Shown here: piece by piece, positions 31,401 through 46,414 of the stretch | How positions within the stretch are numbered: the stretch's first letter is position 1 | How the letters are laid out: each line of letters opens with the position of its first letter | Origin: Bugula neritina | Lineage: Eukaryota > Animalia > Bryozoa | Direction of reading: 5' to 3' | Assembly: GCA_964035545.1 (NCBI GenBank) | Contig: OZ037767.1 | Span: 3,235,680-3,299,679, forward strand | Length of the DNA stretch: 64,000 nucleotides | Notes under the pieces: model-generated | Databases searched by the model: none | What the model was told of the DNA's origin: nothing | The model's input: only the letters and a program-made list of their open reading frames with translations | Position numbers and translations under genes: made by a program

Positions 31401-34400
31401 TTGTCTGTAGCATGCAGAGAACCTGATCTGAGCTGTCATATTGTGGTGGCAGTTCAAGTAAAGCAAATCAAACTGACATATTATTGTCTCTATTTTTTCA
31501 TTATCATAAGAAGTTTTTAAATCCTGACGTCTGCAATCATCTTATTCACCTGCAGCTCCAAACTTACGGGATGTGAATGTTTTAGTCGGTGCTATTCAGA
31601 GTTACCTCCCCTGATCAGGAAGAGTTGCACTTCCAGTTGAAACAGAATTTGATAAGTAAGGCAACTCCCCATGACATGATAGTAGATCCTTCCAGAAGGA
31701 GTGCTATCACAGCGTGCCAAGACAGGATGGTGAGGTAGGCATAACTCTTAAAACTTATTCTAATAATGCTGCTTACTGAAGGACTTTAAATCATTATACA
31801 GTCTTGACTGTATATTTCACATCTGTTGATATTTGAGTGAAGCTGTCTCTAACTGTTTCCTTTTTTTACTTCCTCTCTTTACTTCCTCTTTTTACTTCCT
31901 GTATGTCACTCAGGTTGTACAACACTCAGACGGCCAAACAGAAGCGCAACTACAAAGGGTCCAACAGTGACGATGGATTCTTGCTCAGGATAACTATCGA
32001 CAATACCGGAACATTCCTTGCCGCCAGTTGCTCAGACAAGACGGTCTCTATAATAGATTACCAGAGTGGAGAGATTGTAGCCACACTGCTTGGTCACTCA
32101 GAGGTGGTCACTGGTCTGAAGTTCACAAATGATGGATCTCAACTAATATCTGTCTCGGCAGACGGGTGGGTGAATTGGGTCTCCTCTTTATTGCAAATAT
32201 TGGTGTTGAGTGTTTTTTAACATAATAAGCTGAGCTAAGTTTACTTTAATGCTGCAAAACACTATAGTTAGTGTTCTGCTCGTGAAAGTTTGGCACTCTC
32301 ATGATGTGTTTCCCTAATATTTTTTCTATTCCAGATATTATGTTGTCTTAGCCTATATTTTAAACATGATAAATAGCAAGGAAAATAAAGTTACATAGCT
32401 GTATGCTATGCACTGCACTAATCCTTTACTTTATTATGACTTTTACAGATGTATTTTTTTGTGGCGGTTAGATGATAGATTAGTTGAAAGAATGTTTATG
32501 AAGACAACTTTGAGACGGTAGGTGTTATTTGTTATCTATTTATAATGCAGCCAATCACCGCCAGTGTTACATTTGTACAATGAGCTCGGTACTATCTCAA
32601 CTAGTTTGCTCTTTTTATCTTGTTTGGTTGAAAAATCAAATTGATAACTGCTCTCTGGATTTTGTTGGCATCCTTTAATTTTATTTTGTTATAAGCTTTT
32701 CGATTGATCATTGAATGTTTGAAATAAGTATCCTAGTTGGTAGCAATTTATTTTATGCAATTTGAAAGATTCGGAGACTAAAGTATTCAATATACCTCAT
32801 CAATAAACTATTGGCTATTTTTCGTGGTTTATGTGCATTAATATAAATATATAATCACTGATAAAATTGATAGTTTATTGTCATCGTCAATATTTGCACT
32901 TGCAGTAGTAACAGTGAGTTATTGAGTTATTCCAAGCCTGATGTCACGTTGATTACTCCTTCATCACACTCCAATTCCCCTCTCAAACCTGGGAAGTCTT
33001 TAGGAAACCTGGCTAATGAAATAGACTTTGATGAAACAACATTTGTGGTGAAACAAGCCAATCAGAAATCAGTATTGCCAGCCTGGGCTAAAGACCACGG
33101 CTCTGTATGTATTGTTATACACTGTCATATATTCTCTTTGCTAAAAGTCAAATTATTTTTTAAAGACTTCAAATTGTCTGCTTGCTGGATTTTAATTTAT
33201 ATATAGTATTTTGCTACATTATTTTAACTCATTAGCCTATTTAAATCTTAATGCAGGCTAAGGTTATTAGATAACACCTCAGTTTTTTTATTTACTGTAA
33301 CAATGTATTCTACAAAGTAGATTGGCAAGAATAGCTTAAAATATCCTTTAGATATCATTGTGAGGAGGCAAATATGTTCTAAAGACATCATTGAGAGGTT
33401 ATTTGACCTCTTAATGATAAACACTTCTGCCCTCGTATCTTCTGGTGATAGAGGAGAGGATATAAAATGTATCTTGAAACTTTTGTCAATTTTCTTGAAT
33501 CTCTCTCAGAATTGAAACTCATTTTAAATAAACTTACACCATATTATTTCTCTCAGCAGAATGGGCGAGGCAAGTGGGACAGAGATAGAGCAACTCCTGT
33601 GATGACAACACTCAAGAATGGACAACTCCAGATGTCGCCAGGTTTGAATAAAAGCTGTAACTCCGCCACTTGAAGTCATTTTCAGTCCTAACTGTTCATT
33701 CTGAGTATTTAGATTTAGACACAAGTTGTTATTTGACGTTCAACTTGTTGTAGATTCTGTTCAGAAAGCAAACGGACATGCCAACATCATTCCCATTGCT
33801 GTGCAGGTGTGTAGCGTACGCTCTCCGTGTCACACTGACATGAAAAAACTCACCACATTGTTATACTCCGTAACTGAAGCTTAATTACATAGACAGGGCG
33901 GGCAGCCTAGCTATTCTCATGCTATCAAATGTTGGGATAAAATTTTTATGTTATCAGAATTATATTGTAGCAGAGCAAGTTTAAATAGAAATTAAGTTAC
34001 AGAAAGAATTAACTTGATAATCAGAGTAAACTATTAGAAGTAGATGAGCTACACTTTGATGGTCAATGAAATGTTACCTTACATTTAGTGCATATTTACT
34101 GCCCCCTGATGTATATTGCGGAAAAATTATTGATAATATCTTTAGCTATTTATTAATTGTTTTACACTCATTTTCTATAAAATAATAGTTTATATTACAT
34201 TTACTGTATTATAATTTCTAGAGTCGGAATTCCTTGATCTCTGGATACGATGACGAAGCTACCGATGAAGAGTTTGATGACAGAATCTTAGGAGATCAAT
34301 TCTTGTCTGATAGTCAGCTCAAGCATTCTCTCAATAATGTAAGAAAGTCTCTACACCCCTAGCTTACTCTACACCCCTAGCTCACTACACTCCTAGCTTA

Positions 34401-37400
34401 CTACATTCCGAGCTAAACTACACCCCTAGCTTACTATACACCCCTAGCTCACTACACTCCTAGCTCACTACCCCCCTAGTTCACTATACTCCTAGCTCAC
34501 TACACTCCTAGCTCACTACCCCCCTAGTTCACTATACTCCTAGCTCACTACACTCCTAGCTCACTACCCCCCTAGTTCACTATACTCCTAGCTCACTACA
34601 CTCCTAGCTCACTACACCCCTAGCTCACTATACACTCCTAGCTCACTATACTCCTAGCTCACTACACTCCTAGCTCACTACACTCCTAGCTCACTACACT
34701 CCTAGCTCACTACACCTTTAGTTCATTCTACACCCCTAGCTTACTCTACACTCCTAGCTCCCTACACCTCTATCTGATGTACATACATGTTATATACTGT
34801 ACATACTTGCTATATACTGTACATACATGTTATATACTGTTATATATTGTAGAACTTAAACACATACAAAGAGTGCTTGTATTATCCCCCTGCTCTAGAG
34901 AGAGGTGACGATTTTGCGGTGATTCACAGATCATATAATCTAGAGGATGAGAGGTCCTCCACCTCTGATGCTCTATCACTCCATAGTAAGAAATCCGAAG
35001 AACTTAGTCTATATTGTTTTATTTATTCCTATAACTACTATGTTGGTACATTGACTTTTATTGTAAAATGAGAATTCAGTAGCAACACATAGATTCTATA
35101 TATACATACAAGCCTATAGCATAGCTTTATACATTTTATGTGTATGTAGAGATGAAGTTATCAAATTTGATAACCTAATAGTTAGAATTTAGTTTGAGGA
35201 TCATTTATATCGCTATCCAATGACTAGTTCTTATGGATCAATCCTTTAACATCAATGGCATCTCCAGGTTGAATCATCTCACTTTCTGCTCTCTTAAGTA
35301 TTTTACAAAATTGGGGAGATAACTTCCACCCCATCAGCATAGTATTGATACTATCTACTGTAGCCTCTCTGTGAAGTATCTGTCTAATCAATTACTCACC
35401 TCTAATCTGACTAATTATCTACTGAGTTAATCAGTTACTTTGTGTCAGCCTTCACTGCCAGTCAATGAAGCATTCTATATCGGTAGCAGCTGCCTATAGC
35501 ACTTACAGGCATCTTCTAATTTCATCATGTAAGCATAAAGGGTGGTGACTCATTAGCACACAGCAGACGTACAGTTTGCTGTGTGTTTACACAGTTAAGT
35601 CGCTACACAGTTATTAGTACTATGTTAGATAGTAGCTTAACTAATTGTATTTACTCTATCACTCTTCACTAGAGCTTTAAATGTCTAGAGGTAAAGCTGA
35701 TTTTCTCATTCAACTGTTTAGTTATACAGAGGATTTCTAGAGTTGTCTTTTCTCTCAAATATTAAAAGGAATATCTAGTTTTGTTTTCTGTTTTTCAATT
35801 ATGGAAATGATTATAACATTTTTCTATATTTTGAAGTGTTTTGAGAATTTAGAAAGAAAATTATTTTCAGAAGTTAATAATCTATAATTTATAATGTTTA
35901 TAATTTATTATCTCAGCGATGGAGAGTGAAGAGGATGGAGTTATCACTCCTCGCAGTACGGCAGCCAGTACCCCTGTCAGCACCCCCATGTCTCCTAATC
36001 AGCATCTAGCTGACACTCTCCAGCAGGTTGGTGACCTTGACACTTACACACTCTCTGCATATAGGTCACTTAGATTTACATATATTACGTCGGATAATCA
36101 TATTTTTACTGCTATAGAAAAGTGCTCTTTAGTCATTTTGTTTTCCAACTTATTTTTTACAAACAATTTGGGAAACAAGCTTATATGCAAAATGTTTATG
36201 AGTTACAATTGAACTCGCAGCTGCATATTTAGATAAAATTGAGACATGCACAATAAAGCCATAGGAATGAAAATGGAACTTCACAGCTTTAAAAAGGTTG
36301 AAAGTGAATAATTGTTTTAAATTTTTCAGCACATAACCCTCAAGTGGTAGAAAATGTTACATTACATAATATTACATTTGACTCACAGTTCAATGCTGTC
36401 TATAAGAACTCATCTTCACATCATCTTCTGACTCACCTATAGCATGATGTCATAGTTTACATTAAATAATAGTCTTAGCTCCTTATATTTTATATTTCAC
36501 AGATAAAGTACGGTCTCAGTCACACAAATGGCTCTACGATAAATACATCTAGTTTAGACCTCTTGGTAAACATTTGTTACTCTGCTATCCTCATTTCTTG
36601 GTTGATTCCCACTAATATGTCTAATTATACTAACACAATCAATGCTACACCCTTAATTACTACATGGAGCTCGGGCTAATTAAAGTTTGTGTTGATAAGT
36701 TGGAGTTATCACTCATTCACGTTTGTTTTAAAGTATCGATCCCTGTGAGAACCAGTTGATGGTAAAACTTTCTTTTAAAGTGAGCTGAGAATTGTGTTAT
36801 GCCGTGACACTGTAGCAATTGTGATTGGATGTTTTTCGTGACATTGCAAATGGCCTCGTCATGATTCGAACCCATGACCTAGTACATATGTGTCACACTA
36901 GTCCAGTGATGTAATCATTAAACTAGTGCTATGTTGGCAATTTGTTACACTTGAAAAGTGATATTGAGACTTTACACAATACAGCATATTATATTATAAT
37001 CAAGGTTGAACAACTCCACACAGATTGATTTTTGCTACTACAGCTCATTATTGCAGGAGCTACAATAGTTTTAGTCATAGAAATGTAGTCAGATTCACTT
37101 GCTAGTGTAATAAAGTATTATTGCTTTATTATGCTTTACAGGTCTTTTCAGTTTGTGATAATTTTTTGTATGCATTTTCTTCTGGAAGTTTGAATTACCA
37201 AGTAGTTTCTTTAAAGTCTGAAAGCTAGTGCTATATGCTAGTTGCTATGTGCAGCTTTTGGAGATGGTTTGAAAGAATTTCTTTTAACAAATACTTGAGA
37301 AGTTTTGAAATCTGGAGTTGTCTACTTTTGATAAAAAATATTTCCTTCAATAGAACTAGATGTTACTCATATCTGTATACATTGAAGCATGATTTACTCT

Positions 37401-39394
37401 TTCTTTAATCCTTACTAGATATCCTTACCTCTTTGATGTCTAGCTCTATTCTGTTGCGTTTGCATTATCTGTTCTAACTAACCTGTTTTAGATGTCTTGT
37501 CACATGTTCACTGATTCAGATACGTTATGTTTCCTGTTATAAAACTATGTGCCAATTCAGCTAATACATCAGGATGTTTTTATTTTCAGGAGCCAAATGT
37601 GACTGAAAAGTTGAACAAATTCTCATCCCGCACTTCGTCACAGCCCGTGGCGGGTCGCAAGGTACATCCTATCTGTGTCATTAGCTAAGAATTCTAGTAG
37701 TCATTATTCTGTATACAGCAACAGTCACTAGAAAATCTTGTGGAGTTGTATATACTTTGCCTGACTTGATTTATTACTTTAGTTTAATGTGTTGCAGCTG
37801 CCCAAAATACCTTCAAATCTATTGGTAAGGCGTATTTGTCATCGTATGGTAGTCACACCCGCTGTTGAATTCTGTTGAATTGTATATTTTTCTGGCAGCT
37901 GATTATCAAACTGATCTCACCACAGCTTCACTTCTTTATGTTTGTCAGCGAGTGGGTATTCCATGTTATATGGTATTTACTAGCTGAGCCTGTGAAGTAT
38001 CAGTTAAGTGTGCACGCTGCTTCCTCTGCAATGGTATTGGTTGTTTTACTCATTGGTGTAGATGTAGTGTTACATAAGAATGTTTGTGAGCATTTGCGGA
38101 ATTAGTGGTTAGAGCGCTGGCCCAGTAGGCATCAGGTCATGGGTTTAAATCCCCACAGAGCCAATGGTAATGGCAGGAAGGGCATCTATGACTGCTACTG
38201 TGTCACAGGCAGAAAACCATGTTGCCAGCATCGTCCTTAGGGTTCTCACAGAAATAGAGACTTTTATATTTTACTTAGAAATAGTTGGAAAATTGAAATC
38301 TCATATGAGGGAAGACAACTTCCATAACTAAATTTTGCACATTTAGTCCAGGATCTCTAAAAGCAACTCATACATATTATACAGTTTCCATATTTTTCTG
38401 TGTTAATAGAGTTCTATGCCAAAGACTGTTAGAATAAAAACCTTGGACTCGGTTGAGGAAGGCGTGTCGGTACCACCCCCAACTGATGTAAAGGGTGGAC
38501 GGGCTTCACCACTTCACCCTGACGATATTCTACATACCGAGTTCTCTTCCATTGATAGCCTCACATCCACAGAAGAGGATGAGCCCCAGCAAAATGGTTG
38601 GTGTTTAACTACCACCCCTAATTGTAGCATAATTTCTGTGGATAATGGCCTATGGTGTGAGTGAGAGAGGCAATAGGCTAGGTCTTATGAAGAGTTACTA
38701 CAGGTTACCAGATTGATTTAAACAACTTGTAGATATTATGCATTCTATGTACAGTTTTTTCATATCTATAATTTTGATAGCAGATGAAAATATGTGGCAA
38801 AATTGATTATGGTATTTCTTGAAAATTGATAATTCTTTTGGCAATTTTATATTTTAACACTGCAAAATTTCTGAATATAAAAAAGAACTTTTTTTAACTA
38901 AAGAAAGCTTAAAAGTGAGATTGCTTTCATGGCTTTCACTGGTTGGAATGAATTTACTCAATCAATCAGTTTTCATTCAGCTCAAAAAATTCAACTAAAC
39001 CATTTTCATCGATGAAATTTTAATACCTTTTTTAGGTGCTGGCAATAATGCAACTCTGACATCAGACAACCTGCAAGAACCTGTCAAGTTGAAAGCGACA
39101 CCAGAAAATATGGAAAAAGACAGTTTTAATGAAATCGATGAGTTATGCACTGCACTGAGAGCAAATCTCTCTACGGCTCAAATGTTGTACCAACGAGTGC
39201 AGCATACAGACAACTCAGAAAAAGACTATCTAGTTGAGACATTGCGGGACGTATGCGACGGCCTCCATCAAATGCTCCCTCCCACTCCACAATTTGAGGC
39301 TATCGTGCATCAAACGTTGCACCAATTCTTACAAATGAATAAAAACCATAGACTGTTGGACCAAACTTCTTCGCCTCAGGCTGACAAAGGATAG
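19489..39394 (+). CDS. MAPKBP1: WDR62/MAPKBP1 family WD40 scaffold protein (~1182 aa, 24 exons)
   Basis: Exons 19489-19575, 24979-25070, 25447-25561, 27556-27765, 27987-28082, 28315-28509, 28866-29026, 29346-29529, 29886-30017, 30412-30670, 31010-31179, 31586-31734, 31914-32165, 32449-32517, 32906-33104, 33557-33641, 33754-33806, 34222-34338, 34853-34985, 35917-36026, 36503-36565, 37590-37661, 38410-38596, 39036-39394; 3549 nt in frame. Family motifs: [94 protein letters not shown], then a disordered tail and C-terminal helical region. Probably a co-ortholog of vertebrate WDR62 and MAPKBP1. Tail exons are less certain. Confidence 0.92.
19854..20195. repeat. 22-bp minisatellite in WDR62 intron 1
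   Basis: GAGTATAGCATTAGTTTAGTCT units and variants. Confidence 0.9.
20815..21004 (-). mobile_element. tRNA(Thr)-like SINE, copy 1
   Basis: Minus strand reads GGAGCAGCAGTGGTCTAGGGGTTAGAGCGTTTGCCTAGTAAACACAAGGTCAGTGGTTCAAGTCC (A box, CTAGTAA anticodon-like loop, B box), then GGAAGAGCATG core and GGTTCTCACAGGGAT tail shared with three other copies. Confidence 0.75.
21612..21742. repeat. ~28-bp degenerate minisatellite
   Basis: GTCAACATATCAACACATGATATAGTCT, about four copies. Confidence 0.75.
23391..23581. mobile_element. Tc1/mariner-superfamily (pogo/Tigger-like) MITE
   Basis: 22-bp terminal inverted repeats CAGGGCTCCCTCCATATCTCAC and (reverse complement) CAGTGCTCCCTCTATATCTCAC, two mismatches; TA on both flanks (23389-90, 23582-83); 191 bp, no ORF. 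Confidence 0.85.
27115..27193. repeat. 38-bp perfect tandem duplication
   Basis: ATACCTTCATTCATAGATGCATTTATGTGTAGGCGTAG twice. Confidence 0.9.
29512..29672 (+). repeat. ~30-bp minisatellite copying the WDR62 exon 8 / intron 8 junction
   Basis: Units GTGTGTGGGC(A/T)GTAG(A/G)T-GTAAGT, with GTAAGT at 29530, 29561, 29590, 29620 and 29646. Confidence 0.85.
34348..34850. repeat. 16-18-bp minisatellite plus a 20-bp repeat filling WDR62 intron 18
   Basis: CTACACTCCTAGCTCA about 25 times (34348-34770), then TGTACATACATGTTATATAC about three times up to the acceptor. Confidence 0.93.
36733..36932 (-). mobile_element. tRNA-like SINE, copy 2 (diverged)
   Basis: Shares ATCCCTGTGAGAACC tail, GTGACAC..GCAATT body and TTCGAACCC (B box on minus) with the other copies. 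Confidence 0.65.
38088..38265 (+). mobile_element. tRNA-like SINE, copy 3
   Basis: TAGTGGTTAGAGCGCTGGCCCAGTAGGCATCAGGTCATGGGTTTAAATCCC head, GGAAGGGCATC core, GGTTCTCACAG tail. Confidence 0.7.
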
Positions 39395-42300
39395 CAAAAA
39401 TATGGAAAATATTTTATTATTTACTGTTTATTATGTAATAAGTTTAGTAACGTGAATTATCTTTATATATTTATCTAGTTTAGTGTGCGAAGCACTTATG
39501 GTAAATTTTGGAAACCTGTAGATTTCACACCAATATTTTAATTTGTGCATTAGAAAGTATATGTAGAAGCTAACCTTCATAGAATCATGTTCTTATAGTT
39601 GCGATATGTATATTTATATTTATAAGTTCACCTTTTTGGACTAGCATTATATCACAAATGAGATTCCTTTGCTCATGTAAATCATGCCACTAAACTAATC
39701 ATTCCTACTTATGAAATCTCAACATATCATGCTATGCAATCAGGATATCTACAGTTTTAGACAATAATGTTTATGCCTTTTTCCATTATAGTTTATTCTT
39801 GCTTTTTAATTTGTTTATCATGTTATGTCACTTGAAAACACATAATAAATATGAACTCACAATAAACAATGTCGTATGTATGGCTGGTTTTTTTTCAAAA
39901 TGCGATGCAATTTGATTTTGAAAGTTTTGTCACTGGAGAGTGTGAGTTAGCGAAACTCAGTCTAGGATTGACATTTATGTATAAATCGCGGCTGTCACAA
40001 CCTGCTATCATGAATTTGGGACCTCAAAGTACTGGAGTGACCCAGTTACACATTGACCAATCATCATGGCTGACTGCATGATGGCAGTATATTACATACC
40101 TTATTCAGATAGTCTGAATCAAATAACCCTCATCAGGTGATCTCAATTCTCAATGATGATAAGTTCAACTAGTTGGAGGTCATGTCAAGGCAAAGACTAG
40201 ACAGGTGAGGCTTTGAACGTTTTTCTAGCTGCACAGTTTTGTAGTACTTTGTAAAGTGATAAATATACAATCTACTATAGAAATCAGAAAAAGTAAAATG
40301 GTAGTAATTTGCAGATTTTGAGTCACAACTGAGGTACTTACTGTTACTCTGTCAACACTGGGCAATATTTACTTTAGGCTAATATGTATGAAGATAGTTA
40401 CTAGCATTATTCAGAGAGTACCCTTATTCAAATCAACTCATTGCCTTTTTATGCATGTTTAACATGTTTTGAATTCTGTGTGTCACGATTACGGGAATGA
40501 ATCTACTATACACAAGTCATCATCATAATATTTATATACATGCATGTACGAACTAACCTATTAGTAGATCTACTCTACTGCAGTTCTTTCTGCATACTAT
40601 CTTTGCTAATCCTGATTAATGACAGTATATGTACTAGATTTCATATTGTCACAACTGCATTCCCCCGCAAATCAGAAAATGATTTTATTATAATCATGTT
40701 CTAAATATTTTTTGTTTACAGTTACTTGTGAATCATCAATCTACCTAATTCTTTGATCATAAATTAAAATATGCAGGCTTTAATTACTAGTTTTTGCTTT
40801 TAAAACCATGCAAGCGGTGTGTGGTTAAGAAATAATATTAAACAGAGATAGGACCTAGCTGATATGTGAAATATATAAAGTCTTTGCTTGTATGTATATA
40901 CATGTCTGAAAGCATAGTTTGATGAGCACAATAGTATAATGAAACAACTGTTATGAATTTATAAGACATAATCATGGTACCAGTACTTTATTATTCTTCT
41001 TAATTTATTGACATGCAGCAAGCCATATATACATGTAGCATATGTTATATACAAATTATAGCAAAATTTTGACCTTCAATCTTGTAAAGCATTGATGTTT
41101 ATCAAATATGATCAACAATTGGTTATTGTAATGTACTATAATTGTAATATCAATGTACTTAATACATTATACTATATATATTATATATATGTATGTAGCC
41201 TACTTTGTAAATTCTCTTTTAACTAAATAATAAAGTGCTTTATATTAACAATAACTAATTCTACTGTGTTTTACATACGAAGCCTTTAGTCATTATAATT
41301 CAATTTTAGTATTTTCTCTGACTCTTGACCATGCTAGACAAAATCAAATACGAAAGTACATACTTTTTAAGAGACATTTTTTAATGTGCCAACAAAACCA
41401 TGGAGTTATCCATTTAACTCGAGATGAGACAACTCGGACTACTGTGCGAAACCGGAAACTACATAATATTATAAATGTACTAAAAATACACTTGACCCCA
41501 GTTAATGATTGATAGTAAAACTGAACGCTAGGTTTTAATGTATTCGTTTAATCATAATTACTTTATCATTATGCTTACCACTAATAAGATATTTACGTAT
41601 ATACTACAACATTAAATACTAGGCACTTGCTGTAAGCGTAATACAGTAATACTAAGTCTAACAGTCACTGTTGTTAGTCACTTGTTACAGAATTTAAAAA
41701 ATAAATGAGATGACTTACTCTTAGTCTTACACTTACAGTTAGAGTTACTCTTACTCTTAGGTCTTATACTTATAGTTATATAAGGTACTACGTCTACTGT
41801 CTACTAGTATTACTACTGTACTACTAGTTTTCTTTTTAATGAGGCATTTAATTTTATTTTGCACTTGCACATTTTGATTTTGTGATGACAAAGTGCTTTA
41901 TCGATGCGAACGCCAGCATCGATATGGTATTCAATCAATCAATCAATGTGAATGTCGAGTTTGACTGTAAGACCAAGTTTAACTATTACTATTAGATTAA
42001 GTATGAGTGCATACTCACTATGTTTATACTGCAAGTGCAAGACTAAGTTTATAGTAATTAGTTATAGTCAGTTTAACTTTATAGTGTAGCACCAAGTCTA
42101 ATACTAATACTAATAGTAAATAGTAATTGTATACTAGTACAGTGCTAGTAGTAATACTTTAGTGTATAGTAAAGTAATGCAGTTAGTTTTTTCTATATTT
42201 ATATCACTTCGATGGAGGCTGGCTTTGACTTTGCCATAAGGCTAAATGCTAATTTAACTTACAGTAACTAGAAAGTATAAAGTGAGACTTGATTTGAACT

Positions 42301-42590
42301 TGATTCACCGTTTTTTATACAGGATTAGACAAATATGTTTTACTAATCGCTAACGATACATTAATATAGATAGAAATTGTAATGTTTAAGATTGATTTTG
42401 TTGTGTGGTTTTATTAAGTATACCTAGTGGTGTAAAACTTTGAACATGTTTATTATGAATATAAACTACTCCTTGTAATAGCAGTTGTTTCTCTGCTGGG
42501 CTTCTATACATGCAGAGTTTTTTGTTGCAGGGCTGTCCAGCCGTCGGAATGTAATATCACTGGAGTCAATGTCTGCAGAAGAGGGGAATA

Positions 42591-45597
<3,007 letters not shown>

Positions 45598-46414
45598 CAC
45601 AGCAACGCACCAAACATTAGTATTCTGTTCTCAAAACTTGCTGAATTTTATGCAACACTTTGGTTTTCCTAGTCTTGAATTATTCCTTTAAACATTTTAA
45701 TCGAATTTAATTAGAAAATATTATTATTTTTACTGAATCCGACTCCATCTTCAATACCATCCCGAGCAGAAGTGTAGTTCTTCAGCTACCAGCTGGCGTT
45801 TCCAGAGAATATCAGAGTATCCCTAGTCAGAATTTCGTTACTGGAGGGCCATATATTATTTTTACATGAGCGAATTTTTTTTATACCCTGTTACAGTCAT
45901 TTTATTTTACTGCTTCATCAGCCGGCAATATTTATATCCCTAACCTGCTTTTTCAGCTTCATAACATATCAGAGCTTTTCAGTAACCTCAATGTATTTTA
46001 TTCAAACTGTACAGCATATAATGGTTATGATTAAAAAACAATAAAGCTGGAGTTTTCACTACAGAGCATTAATGTGTAATTATGACAAATTATTTTAGCC
46101 TCATATTGGATATAATAACTTCCACCACCTTTTTATAGTAACATGAGATATAACATATAGCATACATATTATTACTCTTGGAGATTACTGTGATGTGCCA
46201 TGCTTCTTGCATAATGCAATTAGCCGCACAAGGAAAATATAACAATTGAAAGTGTTTCTGATATGATTCGTCAACTGTCCAAAGGTTCTGTATTCTCATT
46301 AGAACAGAGAAGTGGCGGGCAAGTGTATGCTGACAATAACGTAAAGTAACAAGGTCAATTCAACAATGTAACTGGAGCAGAAAGAGAGAGAGAAGCTGTA
46401 AACAGACTAACAAT

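Noticed and set aside
40109-40204. Plus-strand exon-like segment ending in AG|GTGAGG downstream of WDR62
   Set aside because: Stops in all three frames and no partner exon found.
45715-45870. Coding-like patch in the CCDC85 3'UTR
   Set aside because: No convincing acceptor; the conserved C-terminus is already complete at 45597.
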